Assembly (NCBI GenBank): GCA_963737655.1
Contig: CAVTTN010000002.1
Coordinates: forward strand, 3,776,001 to 3,840,000
Origin: an uncultured Planctomycetota bacterium
GTDB taxonomy: Bacteria; Planctomycetota; Planctomycetia; Isosphaerales; Isosphaeraceae
Direction of reading: 5' to 3'
DNA length: 64,000 nucleotides
The stretch's first letter is position 1. The number at the start of each line of letters is the position of its first letter. The position numbers and the translations under genes are program-made. Below the pieces are notes generated by a model that had not been told where the DNA came from, ran no database searches, and worked only from the letters and a program-made list of their open reading frames with translations. Shown one piece after another: positions 44,895-55,093 of this stretch.

Positions 44895-46409
44895 CTATTG
44901 ACAGGTCATGCACGCCGGGACGGCGACGGGGACCATGGTGCAGCTCGTCACGGGAACCTGGCGGGCGACTTGCCGGGCCACGCACCGGGTGTAGGTCACC
45001 GGCACCCGCTCCGCCACGCAGACCGGGACCTGACGGACGGCCGTTTCGGCGACCATCGAGCAAGTCCGCACGGGGATATTCTCGACCTTCTCCTCGCGGA
45101 CCATCGAGCAGGTGGTCACGGGCACGTTCTCGACCTTCTCCTCGCGGACCATCTGGCAGGTGCGGACCTCGTACGGCTGAATCCGCTCCTCCTGGACCAT
45201 CGAGCAGGTCGTCACCGGGATCTGTTCAACCTTCTCCTCGCGGACGATCTGGCAGGTGCGGACCTCGTACGGCTGAATCCGCTCCTCCTGGACCATCGAG
45301 CAGGTGGTCACGGGGACTTGCTCGACCTTCTCCTCCCGGACCATGGAGCACGTCCTCACCTCGTAGGGCTGGATGCGCTCTTCCTGGACCATCTGGCAGG
45401 AGACGACCGGGATGTTTTCGACCCTCTCCTCCGAGGTGTAGGAGCAGGTCTGGACCGGGATCATCCGGGTGGCCGTCTCCGTCACGTAGCGGGTTTCGGC
45501 CACCTGGCGGGTGACGGTCCGGGGCACGTAGACCCGTTCGCAGACGGTCCTCGGCGCGCACTGGACCGTGACCGGGACGCAGCCCCCGCAAGAGTCCATG
45601 GCCATCCGGGTCACGGTCGGCCCGGGGACCTGAACGGCTCGGGTTTCGTAGTAGCCGCACTCCACCGCCTCTTCCCTCATCGTCGTGACCGGCCGGCAGA
45701 CGGTGTACGGCTGGGCGACCATCGCGGTCTGGTAGACCGGTCGTCGAACCGTGTACCTCCTCTGGACGTTGCTGGTCTGGTAGACCGGCCTCATCACCGT
45801 GTACTTCCGTTCGAGCCGTTGCGTCTGGTACACCGGCTTGCAGACCGTGTACTTCCTCTCGACGTAGCTCGTCTGATACACCGGCCGGCAGACGGTGTAT
45901 TTCCGCTCCAACCGCTGGGTCGAATAGACGGGCTTGCAGACCGTGTACTTCCGTTCGACGTAGCTCGTCTGGTAAACGGGCCGGCAAACGGTGTACTTGC
46001 GTTCGTACCTCTGCGTGGAATAGACCGGCTTGCAGACGGTGTACGTCCGCGGGATGTAGGCGGTCTGGTAGACGGGCCGGCAGACCGTGTACTTCCTCTC
46101 GACGTAGCTCGTCTGATAGACGGGCTTCATCACCTGATACGACTGAGGCTGAAGGACGGTCCTCATCCGGGTCTCGTAGGCGGTGAACGGCTGATTCTCG
46201 TACACCGTCTCGTACACCGTGCGCATCGTCGTGGTGTACTGGGGCTGGAGGGCCACCGTCGTACACTGGGTCGCGACCACGGGGGCCGGTCCGCATCGAT
46301 ACGACGCCCCCCCGCAGTACGAGGCGCCGGCCGTTGCCGAGAGCCCGAGGACCAGCACGGCCCCGGCGGCGAGCGTTCTGACGATCGAAACAGTCCTGAG
46401 CCTGAGCAT
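44895..46409 (-). CDS. Exported Cys/Val/Thr-rich YTV-repeat protein (planctomycete envelope protein family)
   Basis: ATG 46409 after GAGGAGGG; signal peptide ending ATAGA; ten 16-aa YTVCxPV units, CGGC, then about nine 16-aa PVxTCxMVxEE units. Confidence 0.92.
   Translation of the reverse strand: MLRLRTVSIVRTLAAGAVLVLGLSATAGASYCGGASYRCGPAPVVATQCTTVALQPQYTTTMRTVYETVYENQPFTAYETRMRTVLQPQSYQVMKPVYQTSYVERKYTVCRPVYQTAYIPRTYTVCKPVYSTQRYERKYTVCRPVYQTSYVERKYTVCKPVYSTQRLERKYTVCRPVYQTSYVERKYTVCKPVYQTQRLERKYTVMRPVYQTSNVQRRYTVRRPVYQTAMVAQPYTVCRPVTTMREEAVECGYYETRAVQVPGPTVTRMAMDSCGGCVPVTVQCAPRTVCERVYVPRTVTRQVAETRYVTETATRMIPVQTCSYTSEERVENIPVVSCQMVQEERIQPYEVRTCSMVREEKVEQVPVTTCSMVQEERIQPYEVRTCQIVREEKVEQIPVTTCSMVQEERIQPYEVRTCQMVREEKVENVPVTTCSMVREEKVENIPVRTCSMVAETAVRQVPVCVAERVPVTYTRCVARQVARQVPVTSCTMVPVAVPACMTCQ
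45030..46150 (-). repeat. Two intragenic tandem arrays with 48-nt period and 96-nt super-period
   Basis: Near-identical DNA units, e.g. CAGACCGTGTACTTCC (about 45690-46150) and TCGACCTTCTCCTCGCGGACCATC (about 45030-45470). Confidence 0.9.
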
Positions 46410-46588
46410 CGCGTCGTCCCTCCTCGGCGGCTCGAACGTCCGTGATGCGTCCGCCCGGATGTCGATCTTCGCCGCCAAGGAGGAGGACACTTCGTCCCTG
46501 AATCGATCCCCCCGCCTCCCTGATCGTCCCAGATAACCCCGATCGTCGCTTCGATCGAATTCCCTGGACAATCAGGCGTGACGAGTCC

Positions 46589-46597
46589 AGTATAACA
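46589..46597 (-). promoter_or_regulatory. Candidate extended -10 promoter of the YTV gene
   Basis: Minus strand reads TG-T-TATACT, 180 nt upstream of the ATG, in an AT-richer patch; no clear -35. Confidence 0.4.
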
Positions 46598-46800
46598 TGG
46601 GCAATTTGCGAGGAACGGGAAATTGCAGATTTGCGCTCAACTTCCGCCCGGATCGGGCCGACGGGGCGCGGAAAACCAGATCAAGCAAAGCCCGGACCCC
46701 GACCGTCGAGGACGACCGGGCCGTCGTCTTTACCGATTGTGACGAAAGGGGATGCATCTTGCGGAATTGAGCCGGGAGGCGGTCGGCTTCGACCACCTGC

Positions 46801-47830
46801 TCAGCGGTTTTCTGGCATTTTTTTCAGGAGGCTGCGGGCCTCGACCTGGACGGCGCGCGGGCCGTCCTTCGCCAGGGCGACGATTTCGCCACGCGCCTTC
46901 TCGGCCAGGGCGGGTTTGGTGGGCGCGGAGACCTGCAAGGCCCAGAGCGTCTCCAGCTCGATGGCTTCGATGGCCGATTCGGTCTCCGACGGCGTGGGCC
47001 GCTGGATGACCTGCTTGAGATCCCTGGGGGAAAGCATCTCGCGGACGAACGGCGCCGCCTGGGGGTCTCCGCGACGGGCCAGGGCCACGGCGGCGTTGTA
47101 CTTGACGGTGCGGTCCTCGTCCTCGTCGAGCCGTTTGCGAAGCGCCCTCACGCTCTCATCGCCCGAGAAGAAGCCGAGCGCAGTACGAGGCCCGGGCGCG
47201 GACCTCGGCATCCTCGGGTTCGGCGTTGGCCTCCGCCGCCTGGGCCAGGGCGCGGACGGCCCGCTCGTCGCCGAACGACCCCCCTTCCCTCTCGGCCTGG
47301 CGAGACAGGCTCAATGCGGCATAAATCCGAACCGCCGGGGGTTGCTCCGGCCCCAGGGCCCGGCATAGCGACGCGATCGGGTCGGGCGTCTCGCCTTCGA
47401 CCGGCTTGGCCTTGAGCGTCTGGAACGAGCCGAGGGTCATCGCGAGGTACTGCGCCAGCTCGGGCTTTTCCTTCTTCGGGTGGTCGAGCTCGCGGTTCAG
47501 AAGGACGGTCAGCTCTCCGAGCAAGGCGCCGTCGCTGGCGAGCTTCGCGTCGTTGTGGATCAGGCTGGCGAGTTCATGGGCCGATCGCCACCGCCGGTTC
47601 TCGTTGTCCGACTTGATCGACCGGACGTAATCCATCACGTCCCGTCCGCCATTGGCCAGCCTCCCGAACGGAAGCTGCACCAACGCGACATACGCCACCA
47701 CGAGGACCAGGACGATCGCGGCGGGGATCACGAACAACTGGACGATGAACCGGGCCGACGGCGGCTCGACGGGCGGCAGCTCGGTCGGCAGCTCGGAGTG
47801 GATCGAGCCGTTGGGTTTCGGGTCGGTCAT
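46801..47830 (-). CDS. Membrane-anchored HEAT-repeat protein; frameshift near 47182
   Basis: LPPVEPPSARFIVQLFVIPAAIV TM segment; RWRSAHELA, VRIYAALSL, VRARASY/ALGF, VKYNAAVALARRGD. Confidence 0.82.
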
Positions 47831-47911
47831 GAAAGGGCCGGGTGGATCGGGGCGTGGGGAGAGATCGCGTCCGGTGTCAGTGTAGGAAAATCGGGGCCGC
47901 CCCGCCAAGGG

Positions 47912-49276
47912 TCAGGATCTCGCGGCCTTCGAAGCGAAGTAGGCCGGCACGCCCGCCGCCACGATCCCCAGGCCCGCCACGGACGCCCACCGTTGCCGGG
48001 AATCCGCGAGCGAGAAGCCCAGGGAGAGCGCCGTGAACACCACGAACACGGACGGGACGATCGGATACAACGGGACCCGGAACGGCCGGGGCAGTCCGGG
48101 GCGGGTCCGGCGGAGGACGAAGACCGCCGAGACCGTCATCAGGCTGCAAAGCCCCAGGGCGACCCCCGAGGCGAACACGATTTGCTCGAACGCGCCGGCC
48201 CAGAGGACCATCAGAGAACCGAGTGCCACGAAGGCCGTGGCGATCGCCGGAGATCGGCCTCGCGAGGTCTCCCGGGCGAGCCACGAAGGCAACCGACCGT
48301 CCCGGGCCATCGCCGAGGCGACCCTCGGGCCGGTCACGATCAGGGCGCTCAGCGACGCGAGCAGGACCAATCCGCAGCCCATCGTGACGATTCCGGCGGC
48401 CCTCGCCGGGAACAGCCGATCGGCCGCGATCTCGGCGATCTTCTCGACCGATTCCCGCCCCTCCGTCGCCGCGATCCGCCGGAGCTCGGCCATCGGCACG
48501 GCCAGGGCATATACCAGGTTCAAGCCGAGATAGAGCACCACGACGAGCCAGGTCCCCAGGCCGATCGCGCGGGGCAGACGTTTCTGGGGGTCTTCAATCT
48601 CCCCGGCCACATACGCCGCCGCATTCCATCCCGTATAGGAATAGGAAATGAACACAAGACTGACAAACAGCGACGAGGGCCTGGGGCGGCCGATCGGCCC
48701 CAGAGCCGGGCCGATCGCCGATGTCCGCGAGGCCGCCACGAGGCCCGCGATCACGAACGTGACCAGCATGGCGAGCGTCGAGACCGTGGCCACGCCCTGG
48801 ACGGCGGCCGTCCTCGATCGGCCCGACGCATGAGCCATCGCCAGGAGGACGACCAGGCCCGAGGCGACCAGGCGGACGGTCCCGGTCCCGAACCGGGCCG
48901 GGCCGATGACCGACAGGAAGTAATCGGCCGACGCCCACGCCGTCGCCGCGATCGGCGCGACGAATCCCATGAGCAGCGAGACCCAGCCGCCGAGGAAGCC
49001 GATCAGGGGGCCGTAGGCTTCGCCGAGGATCACGAACTCGCCGCCGGAGCGCGGCAGCGAGGCGGAAAGCTCGGCCAGGGTGAACGCCCCGCACGCGGCG
49101 ATCACCCCTCCGAGGACCCAGGCCAGCAACATCCACGAATGACTGCCCAGGTCCAGGGCGACGTATCCGGAGGTGGTCAACACTCCGCTGCCGACGGTGC
49201 TGGAGACGATCACGAACGTGGCCGTCCCCAGGGAAAAGCCGCGAGTCGCCGGAGGCTCGCCGCCCGGCCCGGTCAA
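47912..49276 (-). CDS. APC-family amino acid permease
   Basis: SSTVGSGVL, AELSASLPRSGGE, YSYTGWN, GEIEDPQKRLPRA, GPRV..AMARDG, RPFRVPLYP; many hydrophobic segments. Confidence 0.93.
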   Translation of the reverse strand: MTGPGGEPPATRGFSLGTATFVIVSSTVGSGVLTTSGYVALDLGSHSWMLLAWVLGGVIAACGAFTLAELSASLPRSGGEFVILGEAYGPLIGFLGGWVSLLMGFVAPIAATAWASADYFLSVIGPARFGTGTVRLVASGLVVLLAMAHASGRSRTAAVQGVATVSTLAMLVTFVIAGLVAASRTSAIGPALGPIGRPRPSSLFVSLVFISYSYTGWNAAAYVAGEIEDPQKRLPRAIGLGTWLVVVLYLGLNLVYALAVPMAELRRIAATEGRESVEKIAEIAADRLFPARAAGIVTMGCGLVLLASLSALIVTGPRVASAMARDGRLPSWLARETSRGRSPAIATAFVALGSLMVLWAGAFEQIVFASGVALGLCSLMTVSAVFVLRRTRPGLPRPFRVPLYPIVPSVFVVFTALSLGFSLADSRQRWASVAGLGIVAAGVPAYFASKAARS

Positions 49277-50223
49277 TCGCGAGGGGTGGTCGAGGGCAGG
49301 TCGGGCAACGGGTCCGGCATCGGCGGGGGCGGCGGAACGGCCTGCGAGGGGGGCGGGGTCGTCAGGTCGAGCGGGGGCTCGCCGCTCGGCAGGTTCATCG
49401 GCTCGGGATTCGCCGCCGGAGCGGGCTGCGCCGCCCGGGGCCGACCGAGCTTCTTGTAGGCCACCGTCGCCACGTCGCGAACTTCCTGCTTCCGGTCGTA
49501 GAGCTGCGCCTTTTCGAGCGCGAGCGCGGCCCCCGGGGCGCCGATCTCGCCCAGGGCCCAGGCCGAGGCCACCCTCACGTCCTTATCGAAGTCCTTTTCG
49601 AGCCGCTCGACCAGGGGGCGGACCGCGCGGGCGTCGCCGAGCCGACCCAGGGTCAGCGCGGCGTCCCTCCGGCTGTTGGCGTGATAGCTCTTGAGCCGCT
49701 CGGCTGCCTGGGCGACCGGATCGACCATCACGGTCTGGGGCGCCGAGGGTTCCGCGTACCGGACCGGAGGCTGATACACCACCTGGGGAGGAGGCTCGGC
49801 CACGACCACCGGCGGAGGAGGCGGCGGGGGCGAATTGAAGAAGAAGCTGAAGAACGGCAGACCGCCGCCAACCACCACCGGAGCAGGCGCCGGGACGAAG
49901 ACCTCGGGCTGGACGAACACGTTCCGCTCGATGATCCGCGGACCCCCGCCGCCGCCGATGAACGGCCCGGGGCCCCCGCCGTAGATGGACCGGGGCCCTC
50001 GGATCACGGTGTCTCGCTCGAAGGTCTGATTGCCCCTCTGGATGCGGACGTCTCGCTCGACGTAACCCGGCCCTCGCTTCGATTCGATCTTACGCTCGAT
50101 CGACCGACCGCGAGGCCCCGTGACCTTCGTATCGCGCTCGATGACCTGTCCGAGGACCGTCGAGCCGCTCAGGGCGAGGGTCGCGGCCACCAGCGCCGCC
50201 CCTCGATGCATGCCCGTCTTCAT
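49273..50223 (-). CDS. Exported HEAT-repeat protein with Pro-rich linkers
   Basis: Signal peptide (AALVAATLALSGSTVLG); RRDAALTLGRLGD, DVRVASAWALGEIG; 4-nt overlap with the permease start. Confidence 0.8.
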   Translation of the reverse strand: MKTGMHRGAALVAATLALSGSTVLGQVIERDTKVTGPRGRSIERKIESKRGPGYVERDVRIQRGNQTFERDTVIRGPRSIYGGGPGPFIGGGGGPRIIERNVFVQPEVFVPAPAPVVVGGGLPFFSFFFNSPPPPPPPVVVAEPPPQVVYQPPVRYAEPSAPQTVMVDPVAQAAERLKSYHANSRRDAALTLGRLGDARAVRPLVERLEKDFDKDVRVASAWALGEIGAPGAALALEKAQLYDRKQEVRDVATVAYKKLGRPRAAQPAPAANPEPMNLPSGEPPLDLTTPPPSQAVPPPPPMPDPLPDLPSTTPRD

Positions 50224-50481
50224 GAGGTGATTCTCCCGCGATCCGTCGCCGAGTCCCCGCGAAGGCCGGCCGACCTCGCGACGAGAGGGCGCCGACCGGC
50301 CCGGGATTGTCCGAATCCGAGCGGATTTGGGAAGGGCAATCGGGCCCGGCCCGCCGAGGGCCGCCGATCGCTCCATTTCTGAGTATCGGCCGGGTCGGAC
50401 CGGTTTCTCCGGTGGATTTCCGGGAGATTTCGTGGTGAAATGCACTCCGAGACAATTGTCCGAGGCTCGGGGATACCGATC

Positions 50482-51672
50482 ATGACGCCGGCCGTGGCGG
50501 GAAGGACGCTCCGAAATCGCCTGGCCGGAATGGGGCGCCGGCGGAAGCTCGTGGCGGCCATCCTCCTCGGTTTCCTGGCAGTGGGCGGCTGGAAGCTCTG
50601 GGATTGGTGGGCGTCATGGCCGGCTCGGCTCGTCATCCTCGACCCCTCCCAACCGCGTTGGGACGAGCCGGCGGACCGACGGACGTTCCCCGAGGATTCC
50701 TCGCCCGACGGCCGGACGCTCGTGGCCAGCGGGCCGAAGGGCCTGGTGTCTCTGGACACGCAATCGGGCCATCCGCGAGCGATCTGGCCCGTGACCCCGG
50801 GCCGCTGGGTCTTTCACGGCGAGTTCAGCCCCGACGGCCGGACCTTCCTGGCCTTGTGGATCCATCGGGGCTCGCCAACCGCCACCATCCAGGTGGATTT
50901 GATCGATACAAAGACAGGCCGCGGCCTCGCCTCCGTGCCGACGCCCTGGGGCGGTCATCTCGGCCTGGCGTTCCTGCCCGATGGCAAGACCGCTAGGGAG
51001 GCGACCACGGATGGGAAGGTGGTGGATCTCGTCGATTTCGACCTCGAGACGGGCCGGGTCCGCGCGGAACGGAGGTTGAGCACGTCCCTACCTCCGTCGC
51101 TGGGCTCGATGTCCCGGGACGGCCGGCTCGTGGCCTCGGTGGATGGTTTTCTGGGGCTTCGGACTCCCGGTCCCGGGCCGGAGGTCGTCCTTTGGGACGT
51201 GGAATCCGACCACGAGATCGCCCGGTTCGACCCCGGGCGTGCGGACGTCGCGATCACGGCCCTGAAGGTCTCTCCCGATGCGTCCCGATTGGCGATCGGC
51301 CGAGCCGACGCGTCCCTGGAGCTCTGGGACGTCGCTTCAAGAAGCCGGGTGTCCTTGATCCGAGGGCATTCGTCCGGATTCTCACCCATGAACCTCGGTT
51401 TTTCGCCCGATGGCACTCGCCTGGCCTCGATGGGGCGCTTCAACGGCCTGGCGATCTCGGGAGATCGGCTGAGGATGGAGATCGCTCGCTTCACCGGCGG
51501 ATGGGGCTATCAGAACCCCGTCGAGCTGATCGTCGTGGACGTCCCGAGCGGGAAACGGGTCGGCAAGACCAGGGACGAGGGCCGACCGGTCTTCCTCCGA
51601 GACGGCCGCGGCCTCGCGACGATCGACCGGAGCGGCTCGATCCGAATCCGGGACCTGCCCGCCCCGCGATGA
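50482..51672 (+). CDS. WD40-repeat beta-propeller protein with N-terminal TM anchor
   Basis: Repeated FSPDGRTL-type units, VVLWDV, LELWDV, IRGH; start could instead be 50530. Confidence 0.82.
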   Translation: MTPAVAGRTLRNRLAGMGRRRKLVAAILLGFLAVGGWKLWDWWASWPARLVILDPSQPRWDEPADRRTFPEDSSPDGRTLVASGPKGLVSLDTQSGHPRAIWPVTPGRWVFHGEFSPDGRTFLALWIHRGSPTATIQVDLIDTKTGRGLASVPTPWGGHLGLAFLPDGKTAREATTDGKVVDLVDFDLETGRVRAERRLSTSLPPSLGSMSRDGRLVASVDGFLGLRTPGPGPEVVLWDVESDHEIARFDPGRADVAITALKVSPDASRLAIGRADASLELWDVASRSRVSLIRGHSSGFSPMNLGFSPDGTRLASMGRFNGLAISGDRLRMEIARFTGGWGYQNPVELIVVDVPSGKRVGKTRDEGRPVFLRDGRGLATIDRSGSIRIRDLPAPR

Positions 51673-51694
51673 TGCTCCGTGAGCCACGCGTGAC

Positions 51695-53938
51695 CTACCG
51701 GCCCTTCTTCTTGCCTTTCCCTCGTTTCGGGACCGGCTTGGGCCGCTCTCGGAGGCGGTCGGCCGTTCGCTTCGGGGCGCGGCTGCGGGGCCGAGGGGCC
51801 GGCGGGGGGGCATCGGCGGGTCGGTCGAACGGGACGAGGTCGAGCTCCCGGCGGTCGATGTCCACCCTGGCCACCCGGACCTGGATCGGGTCGCCCAGGC
51901 GGTAGCGACGGCCGGAACGGCGGCCCACGAGCGTGTGGGTGCCCGATTCCAGGTAGTAGTAATCATCGTCGAGGCTGGTGATGTGCAACAGGCCCTCGAT
52001 GGGAAACTCCACGAGCTGGGCGAAGAAGCCGAAGTCTTCGACGCCGATGATGATCGCGTGGAATGCCTCGCCGATCCGGCCTTCGAGGTGGGTCAGCAGC
52101 TTGATCTTGATCAGCTCGCGCTCGGCGGCCTCGGCGCGGCGCTCGGTCCGGTTGCAGTGCTCGGCCAGGGCGGCCAGCTCATCCAGGTCGGCCTTGGGGG
52201 GCTTGCCGCCGAGGATCGAGCCCAGTTGGCGATGGACCTGCAGATCGGGATAGCGGCGGATCGGCGACGTGAAGTGGCAATAATCGTCGCTGGCCAGGGC
52301 GTAATGCCCCTCGATCTCCGGCGTGTAATTCGCCTGCTTCAGGCTTCGCAACAGGCCGTAGTGGACGGCGTGCCGTTCGGGCAACTCGGCCGTCTCGTCC
52401 AGGAGCTTCTGGAGGTCGAACCGGCTCTGCGGGTTCTCGATCGTGAAGCCCAAACTCCGGGCGAAGTCGGCGAACTCGCGGAGCTTCCTCGGCTCGGGGT
52501 CGGCGTGGCCTCGTCGGAGGAAGTTCACGTGTCTTTCGGTCAGGAACGACGCCACGGCCTCGTTCGCCGCGAGCATGAATTCCTCGATCACCTGGTGGCT
52601 CTCGTCATTCACGGCGAGATGGGCGCCGGCGACCTCGCCCGCGTCGCCCAGGTCGATCTCCACCTCCGGCATCGTCAATTCCAGGGCGCCCCTCTTGAAT
52701 CGCCTCTTGCGGAGGATTCGTGCGAGTTCGAGCATGCGATCGAGGATCGATCGGACCTCGGGCGAGACGCCTTCGACGGCCTCCTCGGGATGGGTCATGC
52801 AGTGAAAGGCCTGCTCATAGCTGAACCGCTTCGCCACCTTGATCGCCGACCGGGCGAACCGGCGATCGGTTCGGACGCCGTCGCGGTCGAACTCCATGAA
52901 GACGCTCATCGTGAAGCGGAGGTGCCCTTCCTGGAGGCTGGCCAGGCTGTTGGAGAGGACCTCGGGGAGCATGGGGATCACGCGATCGGGCAGGTAGACG
53001 CTGGTCCCTCGCTTGCGGGCGGTGCGGTCGAGGGCCGAGCCCGGCCGGACGAAGTGGCTGACGTCGGCGATATGGACGCCCAGGGTCCAGAAGCCGCGAT
53101 CGTCGCGGTCCAGGGTGATGGCGTCGTCGAAGTCGCGGGCGGTGGCCGGGTCGATCGTCACCGTGAGGACGTCTCGGAGATCCTCGCGGCCCGAGAGGTC
53201 GTTTTCGTCGAACCTGCGGGCCTCGTCGCGGGCGTCCTGCAACGTCTCGTCGTCGAAGACGTCGGGGATGTTGAAGGCGCGGATCACGGTGATGGTGTCC
53301 ACGCCGGGCTGGCCGCGTTCGCCGAGGATCTCGGTGATCACGCCTTCGCCCTCGGTCTCGGGCGAGGGGTAGCGGACCATCTCGAAGGCGACCTTATCGC
53401 CCGGCTTCGCCCCCTTGGCCCCGGGATCGCCCAGATAAATCGGGTGGTGGAACGTGGTGCCGTCCACCTTCACGTAGCCGGAGCCGAACTGCTCGAAATA
53501 GGTGCCGACGAACAGGCCCGAGGCCCGTTCGAGGACCCGGACGATCTTGCCCTCGTTGTTGAACCCGGGCGTGTGGGCCTTCTTCATGACCTTCACCGCG
53601 ACGAGGTCGCCGGTGGAGGCATCGAGGCCGGCGTCGGGCGGGATGAAAAGGTCCTTGTCCTTACCCTGCGAGTCCTTCGGCCGGACGAACCCGAAACCCT
53701 TGGACGACCGGCGAAAGGTGCCGAGGACCAGCCCCTTGGCCGATTCGGTCGGCTTCGTCAGGGTCTTGTCCTTGGCGATCTCGAGCCGACCTTCGCGGAC
53801 CATGCCTTTTACGACCGACCGGAATTCGGCGTAATCCTCGGCGTCGACCTGGAATCGGCGCGACATCGCCTTCAAGGTGAGCGGGCGATAGTCGGGCCGG
53901 GAGACGAGGCCGAGGACCTTGTCGTCATACTGGCTCAT
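51695..53938 (-). CDS. rnr: Ribonuclease R
   Basis: KGFGFV cold-shock domain, TIDPATARDFDDA, HIADVSHFV, RGTSVYLPD, HFTSPIRRYPDL, S1 domain, basic tail. Confidence 0.96.
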   Translation of the reverse strand: MSQYDDKVLGLVSRPDYRPLTLKAMSRRFQVDAEDYAEFRSVVKGMVREGRLEIAKDKTLTKPTESAKGLVLGTFRRSSKGFGFVRPKDSQGKDKDLFIPPDAGLDASTGDLVAVKVMKKAHTPGFNNEGKIVRVLERASGLFVGTYFEQFGSGYVKVDGTTFHHPIYLGDPGAKGAKPGDKVAFEMVRYPSPETEGEGVITEILGERGQPGVDTITVIRAFNIPDVFDDETLQDARDEARRFDENDLSGREDLRDVLTVTIDPATARDFDDAITLDRDDRGFWTLGVHIADVSHFVRPGSALDRTARKRGTSVYLPDRVIPMLPEVLSNSLASLQEGHLRFTMSVFMEFDRDGVRTDRRFARSAIKVAKRFSYEQAFHCMTHPEEAVEGVSPEVRSILDRMLELARILRKRRFKRGALELTMPEVEIDLGDAGEVAGAHLAVNDESHQVIEEFMLAANEAVASFLTERHVNFLRRGHADPEPRKLREFADFARSLGFTIENPQSRFDLQKLLDETAELPERHAVHYGLLRSLKQANYTPEIEGHYALASDDYCHFTSPIRRYPDLQVHRQLGSILGGKPPKADLDELAALAEHCNRTERRAEAAERELIKIKLLTHLEGRIGEAFHAIIIGVEDFGFFAQLVEFPIEGLLHITSLDDDYYYLESGTHTLVGRRSGRRYRLGDPIQVRVARVDIDRRELDLVPFDRPADAPPPAPRPRSRAPKRTADRLRERPKPVPKRGKGKKKGR

Positions 53939-54024
53939 GGCGCGGCCCCGGAGGATTGAGGACGAGTTGAGGACGGGCCGCGCCCGACTCCCGAGGGAAT
54001 TCTACCCCGCGGGCCCGCGGTCGG

Positions 54025-54996
54025 TCATTCCCTCCGCAACGGGCAGACCACGCATCGGAAACTCCCCCACATCCGCTTCACATTATCGAAGTAGAGCGGA
54101 TGAGTCCTGTAACCCATCTCGCGGAGCTTGGCGTTGGTCCGTTTCATCCGGGCCCCGGTGACGACCGTCTTCGGGTCGAGCCAGAGCAGGTTCGCGGCGA
54201 GGTGGAGCGAGGCTTCGTCCCGGGAAAGCGGGATCAACTCCGAATAGAACTTGCGGAGGGCCTTGATCGAGCTCGGCGGCAAGGCCCGAGGTTGAAACAG
54301 GGCCCGGCCGTCGGGCAGAGGGGCCAGGGCGCAGTCGAGGTGGAGCGCCTTGTGGGGCACTCGATGGGCCTCGACTCCCTGGGTCTTCAGGAGGTCGGCC
54401 AGCGCGAGGAACCCCGCCTCGTTGGTCTTGGGGCCGATGCCGACCAGGACCGTCTTGCCCTGGTCCCGCACCATCACGTCACCGCCTTCGATCGTGGCGT
54501 CTTCGCCCTCGATCGAGGTCTCGTCCGAGACCCCGGCGAGCACCGGGTCGAGCCCGACCTTCTCCATCTTCCGGTGTGGATCGGAGAGGCGGCCGACGAA
54601 CAGGGTCTTGCCGACGGCGAAACTCGGGTCGCGGGTGAACACCTGGCAGAACGCGTCCTCGATCGGCGCCGGCGGAAGGATCGTCACGCCGGACTTGACC
54701 AGCAGATCCCGGAAGGCCGCCATCTCGCGGACGACCCCCTCGGCCTCGACGGGCCCGGTCTCCGGGTGCTGGCGGAGCATATCCTCGGCGGCACATCCGA
54801 AGAGGTCCTCGAAGTCGATGTCGCGAGCGTTCGAGGCGTCGTGGACGATCGCGGCCTTGAGTGCCCCGAACTCGTCGCCGACGCGGATCGGCAGGAGCGG
54901 CCCGAGGAGGTTCGAGGCTCCGATGGCGACGTTGGAGGACCAGGCGGCAAGGCCGATCCCGGACGCGAGTCGAAGAAGCGCGGTTCTTCGGTGCAT
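54025..54996 (-). CDS. Amidinotransferase/dimethylargininase (pentein) family protein with twin-arginine-like leader
   Basis: MHRRTALLRLASGIGLAAW; EFGALK, FTRDP, IEGGDV, HLDC, GSFRCVVCPL. Confidence 0.85.
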   Translation of the reverse strand: MHRRTALLRLASGIGLAAWSSNVAIGASNLLGPLLPIRVGDEFGALKAAIVHDASNARDIDFEDLFGCAAEDMLRQHPETGPVEAEGVVREMAAFRDLLVKSGVTILPPAPIEDAFCQVFTRDPSFAVGKTLFVGRLSDPHRKMEKVGLDPVLAGVSDETSIEGEDATIEGGDVMVRDQGKTVLVGIGPKTNEAGFLALADLLKTQGVEAHRVPHKALHLDCALAPLPDGRALFQPRALPPSSIKALRKFYSELIPLSRDEASLHLAANLLWLDPKTVVTGARMKRTNAKLREMGYRTHPLYFDNVKRMWGSFRCVVCPLRRE

Positions 54997-55093
54997 AGGC
55001 TCACCCTGGGGGAACGGGGGACCATGCACCCATTCTATCCGTCCGACGGCCCCGGGGAAGCCTCGTCGCCCTCAAGGCGGTCGTCCGAACCGA

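Noticed and set aside
45030..46150. Regular DNA repeats as CRISPR or non-coding satellite
   Set aside because: Period is 48 nt, in frame, with third-position variation and no unique spacers; these are coding repeats.
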